64,000 nt of DNA, from assembly GCA_013239625.1 (NCBI GenBank), contig MU054212.1, forward strand, positions 4,498,270 to 4,562,269, written 5' to 3'. The notes beneath the pieces are model-generated. The model worked only from the letters and a program-made list of their open reading frames with translations, searched no databases and was not told the origin of the DNA. Made by a program: the position numbers and the translations under genes. Positions 12,510 through 24,445 of this stretch are shown one piece after another; the first letter of the stretch is position 1, and each line of letters begins with the position of its first letter. Origin of the DNA: Lama guanicoe. Its lineage: Eukaryota.

Positions 12510-14889
12510 CTGGTACAGTCACTGGTGTGTCTAGCCCGCACACGCTCTGATGGGGAAGCCATGTGTATTGATCAGAGCCGCTCTGATTTATTGAGTGCTT
12601 ACCATTTAACACATAACCCCTGCTAACAGCAGCTCTTGGGCCCTTTATTCCCTGGAAGAGACTCCTTTCTGACTTGTTTCTGAAATAACCTAATTTTTTT
12701 CTTTCTCTGGGGAAATATTTCTACTCGGATTTCTCACAAAGCAAGGCAAACTTTTTTCCAAGTCAATAACCAAGATGCAGTCTTATTGTGATTTCTTTAT
12801 AGGTGGGGCTCACCTATCCACATATCTGTGGCTGAAATTCAACAATCAAATAACCTAGTTTCTTCCAAAGATCTCGTGGTTATTTCTGACCGATCAGGCA
12901 AACCTTGAAACAAAAATTTCTCTGCAGTTAACGTGGGTTGCAAACAGAGTATATAATACACATACATACATTCTGTTTAGAATTAATTAAGAATTTTCCT
13001 AAATATGAGCTGTCAAAATCTAGGAAATAGCATTAGCCGAGGCAGCAGATTGCTTTGTTTTCTTTGGTCTTGCAGCTTAGATTTGAAAAAAACATTTAGC
13101 TCTCTGGCAGGGGGACGGTGCAGCTGGGTGAGGGTGAGGCGCGGTGGGAGGACACGGTTTATCCAGACCCCATCCAGCCTATGAATCTATTTATGTGCTC
13201 TTTTTCTACGTTTAGATGTGGCCGTGATGGACACCATTTCTGCACAGAACAGTGCCTGTAGCTGGGCACTGGGACCACGTTTTTTAACGGGCGAGGTGTA
13301 GCCCTTTGTTTCTCACATCTTGGCTGCTGGTCTATTTAATATAGACTTTGAAAGAAGCACATTGAGCTAATAAGTATTTACTTGTTTTTTTATAAATGCA
13401 GTTTTAGAAAGCCGTGCTCGGAAAAATATGATTTAGCCTATAAATTATGTGTATTTAACCTGATTTCAACAGTCTATAGTGTTTCATTTTATTGTATCTG
13501 TTTCTTAAGACGTAGTGGTCTCTTCTTCTCTTGCCTTTTAGACTTTAGCCTTTTTAAATTAAATTATTATTTTAACCTGCTCCATCTGCTAACTTGAAGT
13601 AATTAATTTTATGATATACTTGGAAGTAGGTACATATCCAAATGCTAATGAGGCTTACATTTATCTTGATATTTTGTTGTTTTAAATTCCATCTAATTAA
13701 CAAAAGGGCATAACGCAGGGGTATATAGTTAGCATGCAAATATTTGTGTATTTTTCCTGGGAACGTGTAACATTTTGAAAAGAGAAAACTGTTGAAAAAG
13801 GGTGAAAAAACAAAAACAAAAAAAAGAAGCCGACATTTTTTGTGCACTTAAAGTCAAACAGTAGTGCAAAGGATACAAACATAAGAATGAAACTAAATAG
13901 TTTTTTCCTAGAAAGGTGCATTTTCTCCAGAAGCTTCTTCCTTTTTTTTAATCCACTATTTTAACAATCCCTTGGAGCACCGCAGTTTGTCTCTGCTCAT
14001 TGGTTTGAGGCTTACAGCAATATTTTGAACTCTTCCATCAGTGTGCGGTACACTTTCCCCCTTCTCATATATTCATCATCACGACTGTGAAGTCCTGGTG
14101 TTGAAACTGTTGTCAGGCATAACTGGATAGTTCTTTTAAAATTTCTCTGAAGGCTACGTTGTTTTGATGTGGCTGATGGTGAACTTGGACTCACCGATAC
14201 AATGATATCTGTGCTGGGCAGTAAATGATGACTTTTTTCAAGATTCTAAATGTTCTTCAGATTAAACTGCTTTCCAGAGTTCTCTGACGTTGTAGAGTCA
14301 GAGTGGGCGTTTCTGTTTCTCTTTTGTAATTTCGTTCCCCTGAGATGCTGATTTCTCTTAAAGCTGTAAAAGTAACTAAGACACAAATCTTGCTCTTTAC
14401 CTAGTGATCACTTGTTTTGCAATCTGAAGCACATAGATATTAGTGACAATAGAAATAAAGGAAAGAAATGAGGCTTTTTTTTTCCTTTTCATGATCATTT
14501 CCTTTGCATACATAGAAGGGATATTGCACCAAAGGCAAGTTACATTGCTTGTCACGTGAAAACTTAGCCCAACGAGTGAGCTGCTTGTGTGAATGCTGCC
14601 GTCTGACAGTCTATGCTCTCATATCTCTAGCGTGGCAGTTGCCCTGCACAGCTTTGATCTAAAATTTTAGAATTGTTTTTAGAACTGGAAGCAGATGTAT
14701 TTTTATGCCTTCTTTTAATTTTTTTCCTCCTGTTCTTTCTTTCCTCCTTCCTGGCATCCATCCTTCCCCTTCCTTCCCTTCCTACCATCTCTTTCCTTCC
14801 TTCCTCCTGTTTTCTTCCTGGTAGGACTCCTGGAGGCAACTCACAAAAGCAGAGGGCTCCCCTAAGACTGACGCACCCTGGAGGTTTTG

Positions 14890-15166
14890 ACTCTCCGTCT
14901 TGTCCACACAGAGCCTCTGGCAGTTCGTCGATTCTAGTTCAGGTTTGCCTACCATTGATTCTGCTGGAAGTTCTGCTCTGGTAACTGTGAGTCTCTGTAT
15001 CTCTTATTTCTCCAGTTTGAGGGGCAGCAGTTTGCCCTGTGAGCTCAATCCTCTGACACATCCAAGAAGAAGGTAGTGGATGTTTGCTTTGGCTTTTTTT
15101 CTTGCTATGGAGATGGGACTGATGGCTTCCCAGTTCCTTATAAGATGGACCAGAAACTGGAAGTCT
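14890..15166 (-). mobile_element. Ancient L1M 5' UTR fragment
   Basis: Reverse complement starts gacttccagtttctggtcc...taaggaactgggaagcc...cttcttcttggatgtgtcagaggattgagctcacagggcaaactgctgcccc...gatacagagactcacagttaccagagcagaa, typical of old L1M 5' ends. Confidence 0.75.
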
Positions 15167-15881
15167 CTTAAGACTACTTTTAATGCACAAGTTTAGAGCT
15201 CTACAGAAAGTGTTGCAAGTATTATGTTTTGCATCTTTTTCGCTCTCATTATTACTGTATTTAATACACCACTTCTCATTATTCCAGGTTTTTAATTTTT
15301 TTTTCTTTCTCCCAAGGTTTAACAGCCCTGAAATCATGACATGGTGTCTTATGGTTGGTTTGCATGTGGCTCCGGCTATTTCTGACCCTGGCTCCACCAC
15401 AGGCAAAGCCCAGCGGCCGGAGGGGTCAGATCCCAGCCTCCTCCCCACCACAGACCTCCCGGCTCACGTCTGTGCTCCTCAGTACCAGACCTCCTGGATC
15501 AGGAATAAGCCTTAACCTTCCTAGACTGACTTTCACACCTGGCAAGCACACTGCAAGGTGACTTAGATCTCTTTGGGCCACAACCCAGTTTTGGTTTCTA
15601 TTGCTTGTGACAGCGCTTCCATCTAAAACTTTGTCAGTCTCTCTTTCTCTGTATGTCTTTTTGTCTTGCTCATTCTCTCAAGTTAAATAGAGGACAGAGT
15701 TCCTTTCTGGGCCAGAGGATCTTTGAAAGAGCTTTTTTAACAAGCGCAAAACCAAAATCAATCAATCAAATGATAAAAAAAATTTTTTTGACACAATTTA
15801 ATTGGCAGCAATACTTCTTTCTTAGTGATACCTAAACTGATGTTGCACAGTTGAAAGCAACTTGCATTTGATCAGTTCATC

Positions 15882-16099
15882 CAATGATGTGCTGAAGCCA
15901 GCTCCTCCTGGCTCCTGAAATAGAGCACATGCATCTTTTCCCAACCAGCGTCATGCCCAGTGACCTCAGGTTGGTGGCTTGAAGCTAGCTATGGTGTGCG
16001 TTTTAACACCACACAAATCAGCAAACTTTAAAAATCAGCAATCCCCTCCCTTGCCCCCCGCCAAGAGCTGGGTTGTAAATATTTACCAGCATAGCACTG
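15882..16099. mobile_element. MER63-like hAT-Blackjack MITE
   Basis: TIRs caatgatgtgctg ... cagcatagcactg; internal cagtgacctcaggttggtggcttgaa...acaccacacaaatcagcaaac; degenerate 8-bp TSD agttcatc / attttatc. Confidence 0.85.
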
Positions 16100-18408
16100 A
16101 TTTTATCTCTTGAGTTACAAATTTTACTCAGGAAAAACATTGTCTGGATGGGAGTGGTCGCATAAAACACAAAATAAAGCATTTCAGAAATTTACACAAA
16201 TCTTTTATTGGCATGAACTAGTGACTAATGAAGTCAGAAGAGCCTAGCACAGATGTTTAAAATCTTATTTGATACTACAACCACAGATAAAATTCTAATT
16301 AATTTACTTCAACGTCCTTGTTGAATGTTCAACTTGCAGATTTTTAAATAATGCTTTTTAATGACCAAACACATTGGGTTTATCTGTTGGTACAAAGAAG
16401 ACCTACAATGACTTTCTGGACCTTCTAAACTTACAGCAATTGGACATTCTCAGACTTCTTTAAAACATGCTCCAGATTTAGCTAGGAGTTTAAAAGAATT
16501 TTTTTAAAAAGAAACTTTGTAAAGCTGAAAAACTTTTTACAAAGGGCAGCAAGTTTTTTTAGCTAATATTTTTCTCTTTGACTATTATTAAACCATGACC
16601 TTAGAAAGACCAGTTTCTTTTTCTTTTGAGCTCTAGCAATGAAGAAGCAATTCTCTATTTATGATAAAAAAGGAACAACATCCTCTCGAGAACAGTGGGT
16701 GAGGGACTATAATTTTTTTGTAGAATCCAGTAGAAATGAGTTATTAAGAAGGAAGCTTTTATTATGGTATTTATACCTTTAACTGAAAGAGCAAGTAGAA
16801 ATTAAATAATAAAATGTGATATATCTCAGTCACTCCCTAACTCTGCACAGTACTTTATAATTTTTGTCTAGGTCAAGTGGATATCCTTGGAAAAGTCATT
16901 ACTCAATTCTTCTTCATGTCTTCAAGTTTTTATTATTCATCTATTTTAATGACTCAATGATTTAATCTAATATATCTCTGGCACTTAGGACAATAAGAGC
17001 TCAGAAAATACTGGTTAAGTGTATGAATGTACATATGTGTGTGTCTGTCTTTCTGTCTGTCTGTCTAGCTATCTGTAGATCTACCTTAACAGACTGATGA
17101 CAGTCTTCAGATATATGATAAGAGCAGAGTTTTCAGAAATTAAAGGCCTTTAATCAGGACTAGATGAACCTCTGTCCCTGCTCAAGTTCAACTCTAACTT
17201 TGCTTTCTTTCACTGTAGGTCTTTTAAGCCTATTTCTTGAATCCTTTCCTTCTCCCTTTTGCTGTTTTATTCACTAGCTTCTTAAATTACATTTTTATTC
17301 ATGCTGCCTTTTCCAAAGGAATTGCTGAATCATACAGGCCTGTGAAATATTGACCCCGATTCCTTACCTTCCTTCATATTAAAATGTATTACTGCATTAC
17401 GGGTCACAGAAATGACTGGTGAATAGAAGCTGTTGTGCCGTTACATTTCTATGCATCAAAAGGTAAATACAGCGCACAGTGCCAGAAAGCAGGAAAATAT
17501 AATCAAGAATTTCATCCGCTGCCATTACCATTCAAGTGGAAAACCATTTCTGAAATATCTAAAATGTTACTCTGGCTCTGTCATTGATAAATAAATAATA
17601 AATGAACCCTTCCTTTCTCCAATGGTTTATAAATCAACATTTTATAAAGTATAATAGTATTTTTTATAAAGTATAAATAGTATTTGCATAGTTTACAGAG
17701 GGATATTTATTGAAATAACTAACCAATATTAACTTTCTTATTTTTAAGGGTATGTTTCTTCAACCTACTTTTAAACGATGCTTGTAGAAAGATTTCATTC
17801 TTTTACTTATTTTCTTATAGTAATATTTTTCATGTTAATATTTCAGATAAAAAACAATGATTACTAATGTGATTACATTAGATGTTATCTTCAAATGAAT
17901 AAGATAAAACATTGAAGTACATTAAAACTACAATGTAGTTAAGAATATAAATAAAACCTTAAAAGTTAGGATAATTTATTTAGAAAGAAAAATAGTGAAT
18001 GTTTAGAAGAGTAGTGATTCTAAATATATAAAATATACCAACTGATAATATCATTTATATGTAAGCACTCTGGTCTCTGCAGAAGGAAGTTATTATATAG
18101 AGATTTTTATTAATTTGAAAGGCAAGTAGGGCTAGGATTTAAATTTCATTAATCACATATTAACAAACATATCAAACTCAAATCTCAAAGTTCATACAGC
18201 TTTCCAGTATAAGATTATGGAAATGATAAACATAATGAAAAGGGGGAAAACATCTACTGCCCACCTTACTCGTTTTTCTGGGGGGAAATTGAGCTTGGAG
18301 TTCCTTGTCTAAGTGGGAAATTCCACACCCAAGTGGGCATCAGAAGGTGGTTTTTATTAAGAGAACTGAACCCATTTACTCCTTCCTTTATTCTATGTAA
18401 ATTATATT

Positions 18409-18411
<3 letters not shown>

Positions 18412-18451
<40 letters not shown>

Positions 18452-18478
18452 GAGAGGGAGAGTGGGGGAGAGAGAAAG
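18412..18478. repeat. (GA)n microsatellite
   Basis: About 15 perfect GA units followed by degenerate GA-rich sequence. Confidence 0.95.
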
Positions 18479-21400
18479 ATGTTATCTGAGTAGGTTGTGA
18501 TTATTTTTTTAAAATATTCATTCTAAAATGACGTGTTATTACCTGTGGAACATGTAAAGTGCTTGCGTCTGCTTTAGCACTTTGGAGAAGTTATTCTCCA
18601 GAGAACAGTCATCAAGAGGCTTTGGAGGATTTTTTTGTTTTTCTTTAAATATCTAACCCTTTACTCAGAAAGCACTGAAGGACAGATTCTGAAACAGTTT
18701 ATGAAACTCTGAGATAATTAGCAGAATTGCAAAGCAATTACTATCATTCAGCCATTGTTTTTGATCTGCTGTGATCAAGGTCATGGTGCACATTTTGAAC
18801 ATTTCTGTTTTGGAGGGCAGTGGCAGTGTGGCTACTCATCTTTTGATTAAATGAGTACAATAAAAAAATAGAAAAGTTAGTATAACTCAATAATGTTTGT
18901 TTACTCAAAAATGCAATATAATACACTGATTTTATTTGCAAAGTCATTCTCTCATAAATCAGGCGATACTGCTAATATTAAAAATTCATGAACTTCTAGG
19001 ATACTTGAAAACTTCAAAATTCTGCTAACCTGAATATACATTTTCCCACTTGACAGCCAGGTCTTCTGAGGGAGAGGGTCCATTTGCCCGATAAGGCTGA
19101 TTTTTGTTTGTCAAAACCCATCTTAAAAAGCTCTTGAGATATAATTTAGGAGTTTTTAAGCAGCAGTAAAAAAAATGTTCACCAGTAACGTTGAAGGACC
19201 CGTGTTTTTCTTTTAACCACGAAAATCAGCAGTGCTATTATAAAAAGGAACAGACCCTGGAGTGACTGTTTCAGAGTCCTGGGAGAAAGGAAAATAATTT
19301 ACCTTTATCTGGCCCAAAATATAAATTCTAAAGATAAAAGAAATCAGAGAGGGGCAGCTGGTTCCAACATTCTGATCTGATTATAAAATTAGCACGAGTA
19401 AATTTGTCTTAAGATCTGTGCTTTGCTTACATACCAGTGAGGTGAGGAGTTTTGCATGAATCTGACATAACTGTCTCTAGAGAAAGCAAGTTTTCCTTTT
19501 CCCAACAGCTTCCATATAATCCTATCACTAAACATTTGTTTAGGTTTCCAAAGTCAATTATTTCTATTCTAATTATTTCAGAAATACATGAAGGCTATAA
19601 AGCTTACACAGTTATCAAATATGACAAGATACTGAGTAAAAATCAAGTCCAATTAATGAAATCTAGAATGCAATACATATAACAACCAAAAAAGATTCTT
19701 ATTGTCTGAGCTAATAATGATTGCTAGTTTAGGTCATCTTAGAAAAGAGAGAAAAAAATAGTACAGCACAGAAATCAGTTAATATGATGAACAAAATACC
19801 ACGAGACTGACATTAATCAGAACAGGTAAAGAGCATGCATTGAAAATCAAAATAATCATATTTTAAATTCAAACCATTTCTCCTACTTATAAGGTGACTT
19901 TCAAAATGCTTCTTACTCTTTCAAAAGCTCACTCTCTTATCTGTGAAATAGGATAATGCCAAATGTTTAATTTGTTAAAACTTATAGAAATGACTTGGCT
20001 TATAAGAATTACTCAGAAAAATTAGTTCTTACTATAAATATTAAGATGGACTGTTTCAAATAAAGTACCATATTTATAACTTAACAAGAGTTTTATCATC
20101 AATTTATTTCTGTAAGCTTGCAAATAATTCATTCTTATTTGAGGCATACAATTAATAGTTACTTTTTATACCTTTAAATTTTCCCTTAAAGTTGCAGAAT
20201 ATATACAAATACAGACGTGGGTGCCAACACACACATACACACATGCTTACTTGTTTCAGAGTGTAATTCTTTTTACAGTAACTTCAAGAAATGACACAAC
20301 ATGACTTTATGATGATTTTGTAATGCCGTTTTGTTACATTCAGAAATATTCCTAATGAGAAAATGTACTGATTCAAATCTGTAAGAATCTACTTCTAGAT
20401 CAAAATGACAAAATGACCTAAACATTCTTAGTATTCACTTTTTCTGTATTTTCTTTGACTTTTTTTTTTAATTTCTGTGGGGAATATGTCAATATTTTTT
20501 GTTACTTTCACATCACAATCTGAAAGATCTTATTGCTCCATCTGCGTTTTAACTAACTGATTTTTTTAAGGATATATGCCTTTATAATAGGTAAGTATTT
20601 TCCCCCTTGTTTTTGATGATTTTGCTGTTAACTTTTGCTGCAAATCTGCTGAATCTGCCTCACAGATGTGTTTTGTTTGGTCAAAACAATTGATGTGAGT
20701 CTCCAGTTGGTGTGAGTCTCTGCATTTGTGTACAAATAAACAAACATCTGTAAACTGTTAAACAGAACACACAGTCTTGCCACAGACCCTGCCACTCTCT
20801 ATCGCCTTGTTCGGAACTGCTTTACACTCTATCCTCCAGGAAGACAGATGTTTTGACTGCTTCTTTCGTGGTCCCTGGAGTGATGGAGTCATTTAATAGA
20901 TCACTGCCATTGCCTAGTTGGGACACATCGGTTTTAGTGTTCTCAACAATTTTCCTGCTTGTTTTTGCTGCTGAACTTATGGCTTAAATTTATGACGTTT
21001 ATTTTTAAAACCATTCCGATTAAATTCATGGGCTAATAGAGATCCGGGGTTCTATGTAACAGATGGCTAAATCTATGTAAAATAATTCAGAAGGCTTTCA
21101 CTGTTATGACATTACATTTTTCAGATAGATAGCAAAACAATTACGGTTGCTATTAGCACACTTTCAGAGGAGAAATTATGACATTTCCACATTTTTACGC
21201 GTATCTCATATAAAAATGAAGAACTAAATTTCACTAATTTTGAACTAACAGTTTTATATACATTTGCCTTTTTTTGAAAATGTGTCATTGTATTGTTTCC
21301 TTGCAATGGCACATTCAATCAATTCTAGTTATTTTTAAAATGACAAGCAGGCAGCATTAGTTATTGCCAAGCCTAGTGTGGCTCAGTCCCTTTCCAAGAA

Positions 21401-21549
21401 GAACTCTTCCAAGGGGTCAGCAGATTTTTTAAATATTTATTTTTAAATCTTGGGTTTTTTTAAAAATAGTAATTACAATACATTATATGGTATCCTCTAG
21501 TTCTAACTGTGTAAGGAAGGAAAAGAAAATATATCTGCAAAAATAAAAA

Positions 21550-21652
21550 TGTGTGCATATTTGTACATATACATGCTTTTGTAAATACATATAGATATAT
21601 GCATGTACACAGGTATGTGTATACATATAGATGTGCATGTATATATATATAT
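21550..21652. repeat. Degenerate (TA/TG)n low-complexity tract
   Basis: Alternating purine-pyrimidine sequence ending in (TA)n. Confidence 0.7.
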
Positions 21653-22636
21653 TTTGCATTAGATTACATATAGGTGTTATGTCTAATGACTTATTGTAGA
21701 AGCAGGGTGATTTCTCTTAAGAGTCTAGGGTGGTAGGTTGGAGGGGTGGCACTAGAGATAGGGGAATTGAAACAGATGCTGAGAGTAGAGTTTCAAACAA
21801 GCAGACACATGAATGAAGTCTAAATTATAGGACGTGTGGTCAATGCGAAAGAAAATATTAACTATGTAAGTCTGATGGAAAGATAGGGATTCCACATAGC
21901 ATTGGAAATCTAGGTTGTATTACGGTATTGCCTTCCAGGTAAACAGGCCCAAGAAATTTGCACAAGGATGACAAGACTAGAGCTGAGGTTTCCAGACAAA
22001 ATCTTAGTCTCTAGAGAGAGTGTCTGGCAACGAGACAGGCTTCAGTCCTTGTCCGGGGTGAGGTAGAGAAGCAGGTAGGGGAGCAGGCAGGCAGTTACTG
22101 GGACATAGTACATGTGTGTGGTGCTGGATGCTAATAGTCAAGACTGCATTTGAAACAGGGGTTGAGAGAGAGCCCCAGCGAATGACAGATGAGCTCCTCA
22201 GGCCTGGAGAGCCAAGAGGCTGGCCCCTGGAAGCTTTGTGCCTACAAAGCCACACAGAAGCTGCCCCTGGCCAGCCGAAGGATGGGAGGCAATGCCAAGC
22301 CCTCGATGTGACGTGCTCGGGTACCGGGGACCCTTCCTGACTTAGTCAGAAATAGTTCAGAAACTGAGTCCCAGCTAGCCTGCATCTAGAGTGCCCAGTG
22401 GAACCTAGCTTTGGGAAGCTGGGTACAGCAATATAATATCTGTGGCTAATATTTAGTATCTAAAACCAAGAAATTTATACCAGGAACACTTCGGATGGAC
22501 TGTGCTACACCCTGATTTTAGATGGGCCCGAAGGTTTTCATTGCTAAGCTGCCCTGCTTGACTCAATGACTTTCATGTTCAATAAGCATATCTCAATGAC
22601 AGGTTCTATGGCTTAAAATAATTTTATATTATATGT

Positions 22637-23150
22637 AGTCACCAGAAAAATGAAACTCCTTTCAGTCTTTTCCTTCAACGTTAGCCTTTGAGATAAATAA
22701 AATAAATACTAGTTTTTTTGGTTTAACTTATTCACTAAATTTGTAACTGGACAACTAAAAACAACTTACTATTGTTCACCAGAATTGTACAGAGCTTTGT
22801 TTATAAAATAGGTTAAATGCAAATTGTGGCTGATCTGCAGAAATAGCTGCCATATACAAGAAACTTTGGGGTTTTACGCCCAAGTTTTGTGCTCGGCAGC
22901 CCTCCGTCATGAGCGGCTCCCCGCAGTCACCAGAAAAATGAAACTCCTTTCAGTCTTTTCCTTCAACGTTAGCCTTTGAGATAAATAAAATAAATACTAG
23001 TTCTTTTGGTTTAACTTATTCACTAAATTTGTAACTGGACAACTAAAAAAAACTTACAATTGTTCACCAGAATTGTACAGAGCTTTGTTTATAAAATAGG
23101 TTAAATGCAAATTGTGGCTGATCTGCAGAAATAGCTGCCATATACAAGAA
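22637..23150. repeat. 226-bp direct duplication (22637-22862, 22925-23150) with 62-bp spacer
   Basis: The copies align ungapped at offset 288 with 3 substitutions; the spacer 22863-22924 is GC/CpG-rich and unrelated to the flanks. Confidence 0.97.
22863..22925 (-). mobile_element. Putative ERV LTR terminal fragment (ERV2/betaretrovirus-like)
   Basis: Ends in ...ggctccccgCA exactly at the junction; reverse complement begins TGcggggagccg, like ERVK-type LTR termini; 5 CpGs in 62 bp. Confidence 0.45.
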
Positions 23151-24034
23151 TGGTTCCTTTGGGAGGAATTCATATCAGATTTCAAACAAATAATTCAAAC
23201 CTAAATATAAAAAGAAAGTCAACCTATTTGCAGCTTCGAAGTTGCTTGCCTTTGGTTGTTTTGAAATGCAGCACACCTGCATGACTCAAATTACTAATAC
23301 CATGCTTATGATTTCTTCCGACGACTGCGGCTGAGTTTACAAATACCACTGTTCAGAGGAAACCATTTATACCTCTGGCATTGCTCAAGTGAAATACTAT
23401 CACCTTAGAAGCTTTTGCTGCTCAATTGTGTTTTAGTTGAATTCACATATTGTGTTTCAGGAGACAAGGTTCAACTTGTAACATATCAGAATTTCCACAT
23501 AACTAAGAATCAACATATCTTGAAGAAGAATGTATTTGAAAAACAACTTGCCAGTCAATGGAAAGTTTTACATTGAAATGGAAAAGCAGGGAGGAAAGAA
23601 ATGAATGGGATTAAATTCAAAACAAAGGATATATTAGAAAGCTATGTCTAATGACTGAAAAATTTCAAGAAAGGCTATAATGGAAAAGGAGACTAGTAGT
23701 TTTCAGTAGAATATAGTAGAGAAAGAATGTTAAGAAGCCTGAATATTGTTTAAAACTCCAGATGGCAGCAGCAAGTGGAGAGAATTTGGGTGAGGATGAA
23801 ATTAATACGAATGTGGGAGTAAGTTTCAAACTAATAGGCTAGAAGAAAGAACATGCATGATGCTTCCCTAGTAGAGAAGGAGCAGAGATGAGATATGACA
23901 TTGATTGAGGGAATCCACTCTTCTGATATCTGTGGGAGTCCCATTTTTCTGAAAGCAGATAACAATCTGACAATTTTTTGGCTTATCAATTTTCTCTCTC
24001 ATAAGCAATGAGAAAAAAATATATATGTACTGTC

Positions 24035-24290
24035 AGTGTTTAGGTTGGAGAAGAGGATTCAGAGGTTTCAAGATACTTCACAAAAGGAAGACGTGTCATG
24101 TGAGAAAAGGATTACTTAGCCTAATACACAATTCCAGAGGCTATAATTAAGACCAATACACAGAAACTCAAGGGGAATCAAATTTAGTTCAAAAATGCAT
24201 GAGTTGTTATTTATTATTCATTATTAATGAGTAGTATAAACTCATGAAATGGGGTTTCCAGTGAGGAAGTCATGGGTCTATTTGTGATCT
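24035..24290 (+). mobile_element. L3/CR1 3' fragment
   Basis: gtgtttaggttggagaagagg...tgtcatgtgagaaaaggatta...ccagaggctataattaagaccaat...aaatttagttcaa matches the CR1/L3 3' region. Confidence 0.65.
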
Positions 24291-24367
24291 GAAAATTCAA
24301 ATAGGTGAAGTCTCTGAGTCTAAAGGACACTAATCTTTATTAGAATGGAATAAAATACTGATACTGC

Positions 24368-24445
24368 CAATAATAACAGCTAAAGTATATTGAATGCTTA
24401 CTGTAATTCCAACACTGTTTTAAGCCCTTTACTTATTAACCTGTT
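24368..24445 (-). mobile_element. MIR 3' tail fragment
   Basis: aataataacagctaaagtatattgaatgcttactgtaattccaacactgttttaagccctttt. Confidence 0.7.

Noticed and set aside
14939..15515. 170-aa and 110-aa ORFs
   Set aside because: The longer one runs through an L1 5' UTR remnant and both cross a T-rich tract; no recognisable protein.
21959..21973. 15-mer resembling U6 snRNA (tgcacaaggatgaca)
   Set aside because: Flanks do not continue the U6 sequence; the context fits a decayed MIR or chance.
22637..23150. Repeat-spacer-repeat read as a CRISPR array or as a pair of LTRs
   Set aside because: Only two 226-bp copies in mammalian DNA, with no TG...CA termini, PBS or PPT; it is a local duplication.
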